Origin: an uncultured candidate division Zixibacteria bacterium
GTDB taxonomy: Bacteria > Zixibacteria > MSB-5A5 > GN15 > FEB-12
Length of the DNA stretch: 53,830 nucleotides
NCBI GenBank assembly: GCA_937900185.1
Contig: CALCCW010000229.1
Span: 1-53,830, forward strand
Reading direction: 5' to 3'
The notes beneath the pieces were generated by a model. It ran no database searches and was not told where the DNA came from. It saw only the letters and a program-made list of their open reading frames with translations. Below are positions 17,165 to 25,294 of the stretch, one piece after another (the first letter of the stretch is position 1; the number at the start of each line of letters is the position of its first letter). The translations under genes and the position numbers were made by a program.

Positions 17165-17323
17165 CTACAACCATTCATCATCTATTAAGCCTTCGCTTAA
17201 TGAATCCATTACATCACACATCAACTCAATGCCACATTCCTCACATTTAATCAATCCTGCATCCGGCTCTAGTGCATAAACCGCTCCACAATTGGGACAT
17301 TCATAATCAATTACGGAATCCAT
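17165..17323 (-). CDS. 52-aa zinc-ribbon protein
   Basis: Not in the track. Sequence: MDSVIDYECPNCGAVYALEPDAGLIKCEECGIELMCDVMDSLSEGLIDDEWL. Confidence 0.5.
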   Translation of the reverse strand: MDSVIDYECPNCGAVYALEPDAGLIKCEECGIELMCDVMDSLSEGLIDDEWL

Positions 17324-17355
17324 TGGGTCACTTAAAAATCTTAGCTGTTTTCATT

Positions 17356-17583
17356 TTATTCAATACCCATATTGTTTATCAGCTCTTTGTAAGTCTGCGT
17401 AGGTTCATACCTACCATTTATATTTACATTTAAATGTAGACCAGATTCATAATGCTCTTGGAAACAAATATAATCTGCACCTATTTCCCGACAAAGTATT
17501 TTTTCAACTTTATCCCGTTTAGCCCGATAATGTAAAAACGTTTTTTCCAGACTTTCCACCAATGCCTTTTCTCTTTTATTCAT
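17356..17583 (-). CDS. Hypothetical protein
   Basis: 75 aa. ATGA overlap with the upstream small ORF. Confidence 0.6.
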   Translation of the reverse strand: MNKREKALVESLEKTFLHYRAKRDKVEKILCREIGADYICFQEHYESGLHLNVNINGRYEPTQTYKELINNMGIE

Positions 17584-17750
17584 TGTTCTAATGCCTTTTC
17601 ATAGATACTTAACATCTCAACTATAATGATGCTTCTAGCATTTATGACTGTTCTTAACTCTTTACAAAAACACGTATCATAAGCTTCTCTAGTTGCATTC
17701 AACTCCACTTCAAGCTTATCCATCTCAAATTTTATTTGCTTTTTAGTCAT
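17580..17750 (-). CDS. 56-aa hypothetical protein
   Basis: Not in the track. MTKKQIKFEMDKLEVELNATREAY...; its stop overlaps the next ATG. Confidence 0.45.
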   Translation of the reverse strand: MTKKQIKFEMDKLEVELNATREAYDTCFCKELRTVINARSIIIVEMLSIYEKALEQ

Positions 17751-17751
17751 T

Positions 17752-18078
17752 TTAACTACTCCTGTTTACAATATCAATATTGCTTATAACATTGATTTTA
17801 CTCATAATCCGACACGGAACTTCTTTAATGCCGAGTCTGATACATCTACTACCATTAAGGACATTTAAATGCTTATCAATTTCAATAGCTGATAAAAATG
17901 TCTCAGCTATAGAATTGATTAATCCCGCATCCGGTTTATCGTACTTTAGTACAGATATATCCAATACCCATATTATTTCTTCATCGCATTTATTGCAATA
18001 TCTATCTGGAAACTTAACAATGTTATTACAATATCGGCATTCCCAAATAGCTATTTTATTTAGTACCGTTACATCTAA
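17752..18078 (-). CDS. Small zinc-ribbon protein, start codon unresolved
   Basis: The track calls TTG 17964, but the frame is open from 18078 and encodes WECRYCNNIVKFPDRYCNKCDEE upstream of that TTG. There is no ATG/GTG in that stretch. Confidence 0.4.
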   Translation of the reverse strand, partial: LDVTVLNKIAIWECRYCNNIVKFPDRYCNKCDEEIIWVLDISVLKYDKPDAGLINSIAETFLSAIEIDKHLNVLNGSRCIRLGIKEVPCRIMSKINVISNIDIVNRSS

Positions 18079-18091
18079 TCAATTATCTGCA

Positions 18092-18325
18092 TTATTTACA
18101 CTCCTTATCCCAATATTTTGGGTTTGAACGAAACACTTCTTTACACGTTCTACCAGAATATAAGGTCTTACCATCACAAAATAATGAATCTTTTTCTCTT
18201 GGTTTACCACACATTATACACTTCTTCGGTGGTCCAGTTCTACGTTCATAGGGCATTCTTGTATCAAACCCATATACTGAACCTGCAAGAGCATGTGCCA
18301 ATATTTGATTAAACTGCTTATGCAT
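18092..18325 (-). CDS. Hypothetical Cys-containing protein
   Basis: 77 aa; AGGAG RBS; CIMCGKP...FCDG. Confidence 0.6.
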   Translation of the reverse strand: MHKQFNQILAHALAGSVYGFDTRMPYERRTGPPKKCIMCGKPREKDSLFCDGKTLYSGRTCKEVFRSNPKYWDKECK

Positions 18326-18339
18326 AATTTTATCTCCTA

Positions 18340-18570
18340 TTATTTATAACACCATACCAATATTGTACTATCCAACCAACCGCAAACCGTTGGAATTGGT
18401 AACTCATACTTATGGCAGAATGCTCTAACAGCATAATGCCATCTATCTGTTTCTATACCAACAATAGGTAAATCATTCATCGGTACAAATAATACTTTAC
18501 CCTTAGCTGACACTTTTATGCGGCTAGGACGATGATTAGTTGGACCGCAATATTTACATTTAATTCCTTT
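18340..18570 (-). CDS. Small zinc-ribbon-like ORF without canonical start, in frame with 18571..18975 across a single TGA
   Basis: Open frame (K)GIKCKYCGPTNHRPSRIKV...FCHKYELPIPTVCGWLDSTILVWCYK. The first in-frame ATG is at 18480, after the CxxC. Confidence 0.35.
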   Translation of the reverse strand, partial: KGIKCKYCGPTNHRPSRIKVSAKGKVLFVPMNDLPIVGIETDRWHYAVRAFCHKYELPIPTVCGWLDSTILVWCYK

Positions 18571-18975
18571 TCATAATAGCTCCTTAATATCTGTTACAAT
18601 ACCAATATTGTCATGGTACAAATCTGTCTCTTCAAATTCAGATCTTGTAATTCCGAATCTCATATAACCATCAAGATGAACTTTAATAATATTATCATCA
18701 AAACGGTTTCCAGTTTTAATGGATATAAATTTAGCACCGGTCGAATCGGCTAAAGCGAACATCCATTCACCATAGACAACTTGTCCAATCTTAATAAAAT
18801 GTTTATTATCCAATGCTTCTTCTCGGAGTTTAAGCCTTTTATTATACTCTATAATACGTTCTTTTAAATCTTTTATTATAGATTTATAATGTATTATATC
18901 ACGAATAATCCCTTCTGTATCTTCAATGATTGGCTCATCTTTAAGATAAGCGTCGAATTTATTTTCTCTTTTCAT
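18571..18975 (-). CDS. Hypothetical protein
   Basis: 134 aa. The RBS is preceded by the 17-bp repeat at 18983-18999. Confidence 0.65.
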   Translation of the reverse strand: MKRENKFDAYLKDEPIIEDTEGIIRDIIHYKSIIKDLKERIIEYNKRLKLREEALDNKHFIKIGQVVYGEWMFALADSTGAKFISIKTGNRFDDNIIKVHLDGYMRFGITRSEFEETDLYHDNIGIVTDIKELL

Positions 18976-19011
18976 AATAATTCTCCTGTGGCTTAGCCAA
19001 TATCAATATTA

Positions 19012-19344
19012 TTACCAAATATATTGATACCAATTGTATTTCTTAAATAGTTTCTTATACTCGAAATCAGTGGCGGCAGTTAATATCCACACGCCACTGC
19101 CATTTGCACAAAGCAACGGAAAATCTCTCATTTGAGACGGTTGCAATTTATAGTTTTTCGGTCTCTTAACTTCAATCCACCTCGGACCGAAACTGTAATG
19201 AGTTGCATACAAATCCGGAAAACCGGTCTGGTACATATTACCGTTGGTAACTTTTACAAACCATTCTTTTTCCCGAAGCATAGCAATTATCTCACGTTGT
19301 ATGACGCTCTCTAATTTCTCCTTTTTATTATTTAGTGGTTGCAT
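19012..19344 (-). CDS. VRR-NUC family nuclease
   Basis: GFPDLYA...RWIEVKRP (PD...ExK) in a 110-aa protein. Confidence 0.7.
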   Translation of the reverse strand: MQPLNNKKEKLESVIQREIIAMLREKEWFVKVTNGNMYQTGFPDLYATHYSFGPRWIEVKRPKNYKLQPSQMRDFPLLCANGSGVWILTAATDFEYKKLFKKYNWYQYIW

Positions 19345-19561
19345 GCCTGATAACCATACCTTTAAACACTATTACCGCTTCATCAATAAGCTGTGATTCT
19401 TGCGGAAACTGTTTTTTCAATGCCGATATTGTTCTATTGACTTCTGCTATTGCAGATCCTTTACCAAACTGCATATTACCCATTAAGACATTAAACAAAT
19501 CTTTAGCGAATGCATTTACACGTTTAGCATGACGTTCTTTTCTTTCTTTTCTGTTACACAT
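19328..19561 (-). CDS. Hypothetical protein
   Basis: The track start at 19567 is TTG. ATG 19561 is preceded by AAAGGAGAATTGATT. Confidence 0.55.
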   Translation of the reverse strand: MCNRKERKERHAKRVNAFAKDLFNVLMGNMQFGKGSAIAEVNRTISALKKQFPQESQLIDEAVIVFKGMVIRHATTK

Positions 19562-19563
19562 AA

Positions 19564-19863
19564 TCAATTCTCCTTTATTTCATCTGTGTTAATAATACGA
19601 ATATTGCTTTTCAATTCAAACTCCGGCTTAGCACAATGTAACAACCTGCCACATTTACCGATTCCATCCATTCCCAGCCATTCCTTAACAACTGCAATGT
19701 CCTGCGAACGTTGCAATTCTCCGTTTTTCCGGAGACGGTATTCTTCACCATGTTTCATTTTAATTACGGAAAAAGACCCGTCTTGCAATTTCCATCGAAT
19801 CATTGTACTCGATTGATAATTACGTTTACCTACATTATCAAGATGCTTTAATAATTCTTTCAT
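19564..19863 (-). CDS. Hypothetical protein, tandem paralog A
   Basis: MKELLKHLDNVGKRNY... Start at ATG 19863, in an ATGA overlap with the upstream paralog. Confidence 0.6.
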   Translation of the reverse strand: MKELLKHLDNVGKRNYQSSTMIRWKLQDGSFSVIKMKHGEEYRLRKNGELQRSQDIAVVKEWLGMDGIGKCGRLLHCAKPEFELKSNIRIINTDEIKEN

Positions 19864-20072
19864 TTTACAATCTCTGTATTGAACCATTTTATTGCTTCTG
19901 TAAAATCATAAGTCTTTTTAACTTCATTTTTAGTACGAAGTATAAAAACTTTTTTCCATCCAACTACTCTAACTATTGAGAAGAACCCTTCTTTTAAACT
20001 CCATTTATCCATAGACGGTGAATGATAATTACGTTTACCTACATTATCAAGATGCTTTAATAATTCTTTCAT
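19860..20072 (-). CDS. Hypothetical protein, tandem paralog B
   Basis: MKELLKHLDNVGKRNY... The first 16 residues are identical to paralog A. Confidence 0.6.
   Translation of the reverse strand: MKELLKHLDNVGKRNYHSPSMDKWSLKEGFFSIVRVVGWKKVFILRTKNEVKKTYDFTEAIKWFNTEIVK
19868..19881 (-). promoter_or_regulatory. Start-associated motif CAATACAGAGATTG (variant), 4 nt before ATG 19863
   Basis: Minus-strand read: CAATACAGAGATTGTAAAATG. Confidence 0.6.
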
Positions 20073-20076
20073 TTTA

Positions 20077-20090
20077 CAATCTCCGTATTG
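20077..20090 (-). promoter_or_regulatory. Start-associated motif CAATACGGAGATTG, 4 nt before ATG 20072
   Basis: Minus-strand read: CAATACGGAGATTGTAAAATG. Confidence 0.65.
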
Positions 20091-20336
20091 TTATGCTATT
20101 TCAAATTTACCGTCTTCATTAAAACGTAAAAGAGACATCTCAATATCAGTCCTGCTTGTAAGTACATAATACAATGGGTCAACATCAAAATATGCTACAC
20201 ATTTATGTTCCTGAAAAAGATTAACATTGTGTTCAATCTCTTCATAAGTTTCAGATTTTTTTACATATTTTACTTTTAATCCACTGATTAAAGTAATTTG
20301 CTCTTCATTCAATTTACTACTTGTAACTACTAACAT
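20091..20336 (-). CDS. Hypothetical protein
   Basis: 81 aa; GAGGAG RBS. Confidence 0.6.
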   Translation of the reverse strand: MLVVTSSKLNEEQITLISGLKVKYVKKSETYEEIEHNVNLFQEHKCVAYFDVDPLYYVLTSRTDIEMSLLRFNEDGKFEIA

Positions 20337-20521
20337 TTTTCAAACTCCTCTACAATGGAATAAATATCAATATTTATTCCATTGAGTTTATAAGTGATAT
20401 AAATTCTACCACGATAATTATTCATAATACATTCAACGATATTTTTACCAAAGACGGCTGAACCGTCATTCATATTCACACCGTTGAATTCTTCAACTAA
20501 ATCACTAAAACACATTACCAT
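20330..20521 (-). CDS. Hypothetical protein
   Basis: 63 aa; GAGGAGGG RBS. Confidence 0.55.
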   Translation of the reverse strand: MVMCFSDLVEEFNGVNMNDGSAVFGKNIVECIMNNYRGRIYITYKLNGINIDIYSIVEEFEKC

Positions 20522-20631
20522 TTTATTGCCCTCCTCAAAGATTTAATTCCGCACTGCCCCAGCAACCACAAAATCAATACGAATATTGTAAATGCTCCGC
20601 TAATCATTGTCCCTATTAATAATACTTCCAT
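20515..20631 (-). CDS. 38-aa membrane peptide
   Basis: Not in the track. MEVLLIGTMISGAFTIFVLILWLLGQCGIKSLRRAIKW, overlapping both neighbours. Confidence 0.45.
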   Translation of the reverse strand: MEVLLIGTMISGAFTIFVLILWLLGQCGIKSLRRAIKW

Positions 20632-20873
20632 TATAGAATTTCTCCTTGATAAAAGACATAACAAGGTATGTCATATTCAGATGCAAACTTCATGAGTACC
20701 GGACAATCTGTCTGGAAAAGGAAAACATTATATTTATTTTCAATACACAAATTTAATAATTCATGCCAATTCATATTGTTAATGTTTTCATAACGGTGTT
20801 TACGTTTACCAATAAAACCATTAACCATTTCCTGTCTTTCTTCGCCAGTTCCGTCATTGATTACGATAGTCAT
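20631..20873 (-). CDS. Hypothetical protein
   Basis: 80 aa; ATGA overlap with the upstream small ORF. Confidence 0.6.
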   Translation of the reverse strand: MTIVINDGTGEERQEMVNGFIGKRKHRYENINNMNWHELLNLCIENKYNVFLFQTDCPVLMKFASEYDIPCYVFYQGEIL

Positions 20874-21013
20874 TTTATCACCATAATATCATAGTCCAGA
20901 CAAAGAAGAATTATTCTGTCAAGCATTCTTCTTGCCTCGAAATTTCCACGTGCAATACCCATATTGCATTTCGTTACCAGACGTTCCAACCGACATTTTG
21001 TGTAACCGCTCAT
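20870..21013 (-). CDS. 47-aa hypothetical protein
   Basis: Not in the track. AGGAGG RBS; MSGYTKCRLERLVTKCNMGIARGNFEARRMLDRIILLCLDYDIMVIK. Confidence 0.5.
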   Translation of the reverse strand: MSGYTKCRLERLVTKCNMGIARGNFEARRMLDRIILLCLDYDIMVIK

Positions 21014-21053
21014 TTGATTACCTCCTGTGCATATCAATATCAATATTGAAAAT

Positions 21054-21097
21054 AAAAAAGGGTTAAACTATACATAGCATATAGTTTAACCCTTTTT
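21054..21097. terminator. Bidirectional intrinsic terminator (13-bp GC-containing core stem extended by A/T pairs, 7-nt loop)
   Basis: AAAAAAGGGTTAAACTATA-catagca-TATAGTTTAACCCTTTTT. An A-run precedes it and a T-run follows, so it works on either strand. Confidence 0.8.
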
Positions 21098-21120
21098 AAA
21101 ACTATATGCTTTTTATTTAG

Positions 21121-21188
21121 CATACTGATATTGATATACGATTTTGCAATATCAATATTGCAATACCGCATTGTCAATATCGCATTGA
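21121..21188. repeat. Array D1: five tandem ~14-bp CAATAY-N-RTATTG-type units
   Basis: CATACTGATATTGA / TATACGATTTTG / CAATATCAATATTG / CAATACCGCATTGT / CAATATCGCATTGA. Confidence 0.85.
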
Positions 21189-21218
21189 CAAACTGAACCT
21201 TTTTCTAGTTCATAAAAT

Positions 21219-21246
21219 AATATACAGCCCGCAATAATAAATTCAA
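21219..21246 (-). promoter_or_regulatory. Sigma70-like promoter TTGAAT-16 nt-TATATT (minus strand), reading into array D1 and the terminator
   Basis: Minus-strand read: GAGCTTGAATTTATTATTGCGGGCTGTATATTATTTT. Confidence 0.4.
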
Positions 21247-21303
21247 GCTCTAAACTAAAAATAATTGAATCTTTTTTTATATTATATATTGAATTTGCGT
21301 GTA
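21239..21303 (+). repeat. Conserved block Z, copy D
   Basis: AAATTCAAG...TAAAAATAATTGAAT...TTGAATTTGCGTGTA is similar, in the same orientation, to 31718-31784. Confidence 0.75.
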
Positions 21304-21332
21304 GCATAAATCGTGCCAACTAATATTGGGAT

Positions 21333-21360
21333 TAATACCGTATTCACAATACCGTATTGC
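21333..21360. repeat. Array D2: TAATACCGTATTCA + CAATACCGTATTGC
   Basis: Two tandem 14-bp units overlapping the last codons and stop of 21344..21814. Confidence 0.85.
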
Positions 21361-21814
21361 GAAAATGTAGCAACACAAACATATCATTTAGTTGTAATAT
21401 TGGTATTGCTTTTATAGCTGTATCTATACACAAGAACTCTTCTTTAATATATGCTTTACAAATCATATACAATTCATTGTTTGAATCTATTGCACGTTCA
21501 GCAAGTTTCTTAATATTGATATTGTTTACCGCTCCGGAAAAATAATTTACATCTATATCTCTATGTAATAACCACGCTACACTTTCCCACGCCTCACTGT
21601 AAACAAGAAATTTAACTAATATATCAACATTCTCTATCTCTCTGGGAAAGTCTGCTATCTTATAACCGAGCCGGTAATAGAGATACTGAAATAATAAAAC
21701 TTCTGCACTCCGATACATTCTATTACCAATAAATGAGTAGAAGAGCGGGTAAAAATTCTCTGCTCTAATATCTCTTTTACTCGCCATCTTTTTAATTCGT
21801 TTTATTTTTATCAT
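21344..21814 (-). CDS. Hypothetical protein
   Basis: 156-aa ORF; no motif recognised. Confidence 0.6.
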   Translation of the reverse strand: MIKIKRIKKMASKRDIRAENFYPLFYSFIGNRMYRSAEVLLFQYLYYRLGYKIADFPREIENVDILVKFLVYSEAWESVAWLLHRDIDVNYFSGAVNNINIKKLAERAIDSNNELYMICKAYIKEEFLCIDTAIKAIPILQLNDMFVLLHFRNTVL

Positions 21815-21838
21815 TTGTAAACCTTACTGGTTTTATCA

Positions 21839-22252
21839 CTAACTGTTAAGTGCCTCATAAACACCTTTAACTTTTTCACATTTAGTGCCTTCAACATTAA
21901 AGTGTTTAGCCAGTGCATTTAGTCTTAGCGGTAGTTCACGGTCTCTAGCAACTTCCATTATATCTATGAATTTACTGATTCTGACTCCTGCGTTAAGCAA
22001 GAATTTAGCAGTAAATTTACCACAGTGAAACACTGCTATATCATCCTCAAGTATTCCACCATATTGTTGTTTAAACTCTTCACGCTCCATACCGGTATTG
22101 CAGTCTAAGCCATTAAATTTCATAGCCTTTTCATCCGGCTCTTTTATTGCCTTAATATTTATTGTTGTCATATCACCATCTAGTATATTTAACTGAATCA
22201 GTTCATGGTCTTGTCCTCTTAAGCCCGTTGATTCAATACTTACGAATTTCAT
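21839..22252 (-). CDS. DnaQ-like 3'-5' exonuclease fold protein, possibly degenerate (putative)
   Basis: MKFVSIESTGL resembles the ExoI DxETTGL motif but lacks the Asp. ATG 22252 is preceded by GGAGCAATT; the track start at 22318 is TTG. Confidence 0.4.
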   Translation of the reverse strand: MKFVSIESTGLRGQDHELIQLNILDGDMTTINIKAIKEPDEKAMKFNGLDCNTGMEREEFKQQYGGILEDDIAVFHCGKFTAKFLLNAGVRISKFIDIMEVARDRELPLRLNALAKHFNVEGTKCEKVKGVYEALNS

Positions 22253-22478
22253 AATTGCTCCTTTTTTAAATTTAACTTTACAAATATAATACTCACCAAA
22301 TTGTGTTTTACTGTGCAATTCCAGTACTTCTGTTACTGATAAATCATCCAGTATTTCTACTAATGCTTTATGTGTTGGATATTTTGAAACAATGCCAATA
22401 TTATTTCATCATCTTCACAGTTACTATGATCTCTATCATAAAGTATATACATAATTGCTCCTTGCGGTAATACCGCGA

Positions 22479-24554
22479 TTAATGTGTGTCAATCCATGAT
22501 GACATTTCTTGTTTCCATGTAATGCCAAAATGCTTAATCAATTTACGTGTCTCACTTACATAGGTTTTAACAATGCCATCAACATCTGCCGGAACTGAGT
22601 TATAACAGAGAATTTCATCATGAATATTCATAGGCATAACTACTGGTTTACTTACACCGTAGAGTTGCAATGCCCATATTTCTGCTTGTAACATCTTCAT
22701 CAATTCCGCACCGGTTGATTGCACAACATGATTAACTGCCTGCCTACCGCAACGTGATTGCATCCCATAGATTGCACCCCACAATGCTGATATTGTCGCA
22801 TTTTTCGCAGTCTGTTTACCTTTATTTGTTGTCCTAATTACCATAATCCCATCATTTAAATTATCTATTTCCTGCAATGCCTCCTTATACTCTTTAATTA
22901 TTTTCTCTTCTAATGTAAAATACCGTCTATGACCTAATAGACTGGCAACATAGTTCCGTCTAAACTCTTCCCTATCCTCATGCGTTGTAAAATCTTCCAT
23001 AATCTCAGCACGGTTTTTAGCAAATCCATCATATCTAATATGGAACTTTTTCTCTATAGTTGTTGCAATGCTCTCTTTTACACCCATTCGGAATGTAAGA
23101 GTATGAGCATTTCCACCATAGAACAATGCGTATGTTCCGTTTTTACCTAATACATATAAATCATTCTGACTACCTTTAGTTGCTACAACTTCATCATAGC
23201 TTTTACCAAATGCTTCAGCCGCAAGGAATACCGGTATTTTATAACCATTAGTTAAATCAATGTCCATCTGTTTATCTTTATGCACTGCTTGAGCAATACT
23301 AATCTCGAAAACATCTGCATCACCTCCCGATAAAACATAATTATCAGACTTATCATTGAATGTAAATATCTTCCTAATTGTTTCTTCTCTCGCAATGCCT
23401 TGCGGATTGATTTTACCGCCACCACTCATTCTGTTAGTGAGTGTACCGCAAATGCGGAATTCCGGATAAAACCTTTTAGCATGGAGCAATTTCTCCATAA
23501 GTTTACAGCGTGATTGTGCCTTCCTTGCCTTGATAACGAGTTTAGCCCTTTCCGCCGGTTCGCCGTCCATAAGTTTCGCAATATTTTGCAATGTCAATGC
23601 CTTAGTATCCTGAATCATTACAGCATCTAATTCTTCCATAGGCTCTGTTACATATTCCAATACTGCTCTTGGTGCTGTCGGTGCTAATCTTTTATCGTTA
23701 TTATACTGGTCATACTGTCTTTGTACTTCATCAATATCAATAGCAAAACCTTTACATTTAACATTTGCCGCCATTATTGCAAGTTCATTATCATAATGCC
23801 CGCATTGTAAATTAAAATCTGCTTTTAAGTTACGGAGATACTGGATATCATTTTTAGCATATTGTATAGCTATATCATTAAACATCCAATGGTCTATCGA
23901 ACGTTCAAGTTTATGTTTCTCCATGCGATTTTCCCAATGACAATATCCGCCTTCATCTTCCCAATACATATCTAAGTCAATAGTACCTTCACCATAGATT
24001 TTCCTAATTAAACGTTTCAACGGCAATCCCGGTTTCCATGCAAAATAAACATTGACAAATCCATCAATATCACCATCGCTTATCTTCCAGAACTCTTTTT
24101 TATCTCCTATTTGTATGTCGCTGAAACATTCATTCAATATCAGTATTACGTCATCAACCATCGAGCCGGGAATCTTATAAATCGTTGGTCGTTTACGAGC
24201 CATTAAATCTTGGAAATGAGTTTTACGGAACTCAAGCATAATATCCAATGCCCCTTGCGGACGCAGAAACCAATCAGTTTGGAATGTCTGATTTATTGCA
24301 TCGAACTGGTCTAACAACATTTCATAAGGCTCTATCTGTTTACAAATGTTATATAATTTAACAAGCATGAACCAGTCAAATGTTAAATTATAGGCACAGA
24401 TTTCATGCTCGCAAAACATTTCAATCAATGCCATAATTGTTTTAGGTGTTTCATACCATAAATTCATAATCTCGATATTGCCATCATCTATAGCATATTG
24501 TATAGTTATTGGCAATGTATTAAGACTATATGTTTCTGTATCTAGGTAAATCAT
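22479..24554 (-). CDS. Family A DNA polymerase with N-terminal 3'-5' exonuclease
   Basis: IYLDTETYSL (ExoI), GGDADVFEISIAQ (motif A-like) and NIHDEILCY (motif C). Start set to ATG 24554, which has an AAGGAG RBS. Confidence 0.9.
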   Translation of the reverse strand: MIYLDTETYSLNTLPITIQYAIDDGNIEIMNLWYETPKTIMALIEMFCEHEICAYNLTFDWFMLVKLYNICKQIEPYEMLLDQFDAINQTFQTDWFLRPQGALDIMLEFRKTHFQDLMARKRPTIYKIPGSMVDDVILILNECFSDIQIGDKKEFWKISDGDIDGFVNVYFAWKPGLPLKRLIRKIYGEGTIDLDMYWEDEGGYCHWENRMEKHKLERSIDHWMFNDIAIQYAKNDIQYLRNLKADFNLQCGHYDNELAIMAANVKCKGFAIDIDEVQRQYDQYNNDKRLAPTAPRAVLEYVTEPMEELDAVMIQDTKALTLQNIAKLMDGEPAERAKLVIKARKAQSRCKLMEKLLHAKRFYPEFRICGTLTNRMSGGGKINPQGIAREETIRKIFTFNDKSDNYVLSGGDADVFEISIAQAVHKDKQMDIDLTNGYKIPVFLAAEAFGKSYDEVVATKGSQNDLYVLGKNGTYALFYGGNAHTLTFRMGVKESIATTIEKKFHIRYDGFAKNRAEIMEDFTTHEDREEFRRNYVASLLGHRRYFTLEEKIIKEYKEALQEIDNLNDGIMVIRTTNKGKQTAKNATISALWGAIYGMQSRCGRQAVNHVVQSTGAELMKMLQAEIWALQLYGVSKPVVMPMNIHDEILCYNSVPADVDGIVKTYVSETRKLIKHFGITWKQEMSSWIDTH

Positions 24555-24583
24555 ATTGACTCCTTTAGAACTCTTCATCCTGA

Positions 24584-24844
24584 CTATATTCGTCTTGAAT
24601 TTAATGCTCCCTTTACACGTTTACACTCCCGTAATGTTATTTCTGTTTTTGCGTTAAAATACATTAATACTGATGCTTGATTACCGCAATAGGGGCACTT
24701 TCTTGTGAGATTATTAACAGGACAATAACCATGTGTACTTACTTTCTCACAGGTATTACATTTAGCATCCACGCTCTTACATGTATACCTATATGGTAAT
24801 TGCCCTGTTGCTTTATAATGTAAATGTTCAATAAATGTCATCAT
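24584..24844 (-). CDS. Zinc-ribbon protein
   Basis: 86 aa; CNTC...CPYC. Confidence 0.55.
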   Translation of the reverse strand: MMTFIEHLHYKATGQLPYRYTCKSVDAKCNTCEKVSTHGYCPVNNLTRKCPYCGNQASVLMYFNAKTEITLRECKRVKGALNSRRI

Positions 24845-24911
24845 AATTAACCTTTTTATATTATGCTTTATGTATTCTCCCGCACGGCTGGCAATAACCT
24901 GTTCGATATTT

Positions 24912-25277
24912 TCATACAGTAGGGTTATTATTTTTTAAGATTTTCCGGAGTTGTTTAACCTCTTTTAATGCTTCAAGATATTTCTCCTGATAAGGTACTA
25001 GATTTGCTGGTGTTCCGTTACGTACACGCTTAAAGATAATATTAGTTTTATCCTTTCGGGCAGCAGCACGACAAGCCCCGAAAAAACATGGTATTACTCT
25101 TGTTATTCGTAATAAACCACAATTATGCATGCTGCATGACGCTCTCAAGTAACCTTCATCATGGAAATAGCAGCCATGACATCTTAAATAATGGTCTTCT
25201 CTTTTCTGGTCAACCACTTTGAATTTCTGATCAAATAATGCCAGTATTGTCCCAATCTCATGTGTTTTACATCTCAT
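24912..25277 (-). CDS. Cys-rich hypothetical protein
   Basis: The track start at 25283 is TTG. ATG 25277 is preceded by CAATACGGAGATTGACA. Confidence 0.55.
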   Translation of the reverse strand: MRCKTHEIGTILALFDQKFKVVDQKREDHYLRCHGCYFHDEGYLRASCSMHNCGLLRITRVIPCFFGACRAAARKDKTNIIFKRVRNGTPANLVPYQEKYLEALKEVKQLRKILKNNNPTV

Positions 25278-25280
25278 TGT

Positions 25281-25294
25281 CAATCTCCGTATTG
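25281..25294 (-). promoter_or_regulatory. Start-associated motif CAATACGGAGATTG, 3 nt before ATG 25277
   Basis: Minus-strand read: CAATACGGAGATTGACAATG. It overlaps the CCA end of the tRNA-like element. Confidence 0.65.

Noticed and set aside
18340-18975. Genome-wide stop-codon reassignment (TGA or TAG read as sense).
   Set aside because: Long genes (1388, 897, 699 and 787 aa) are intact under the standard code. TGA is used repeatedly as a genuine stop in ATGA start/stop overlaps, for example at 3558, 17580, 19860 and 20870. At most a local read-through is possible.
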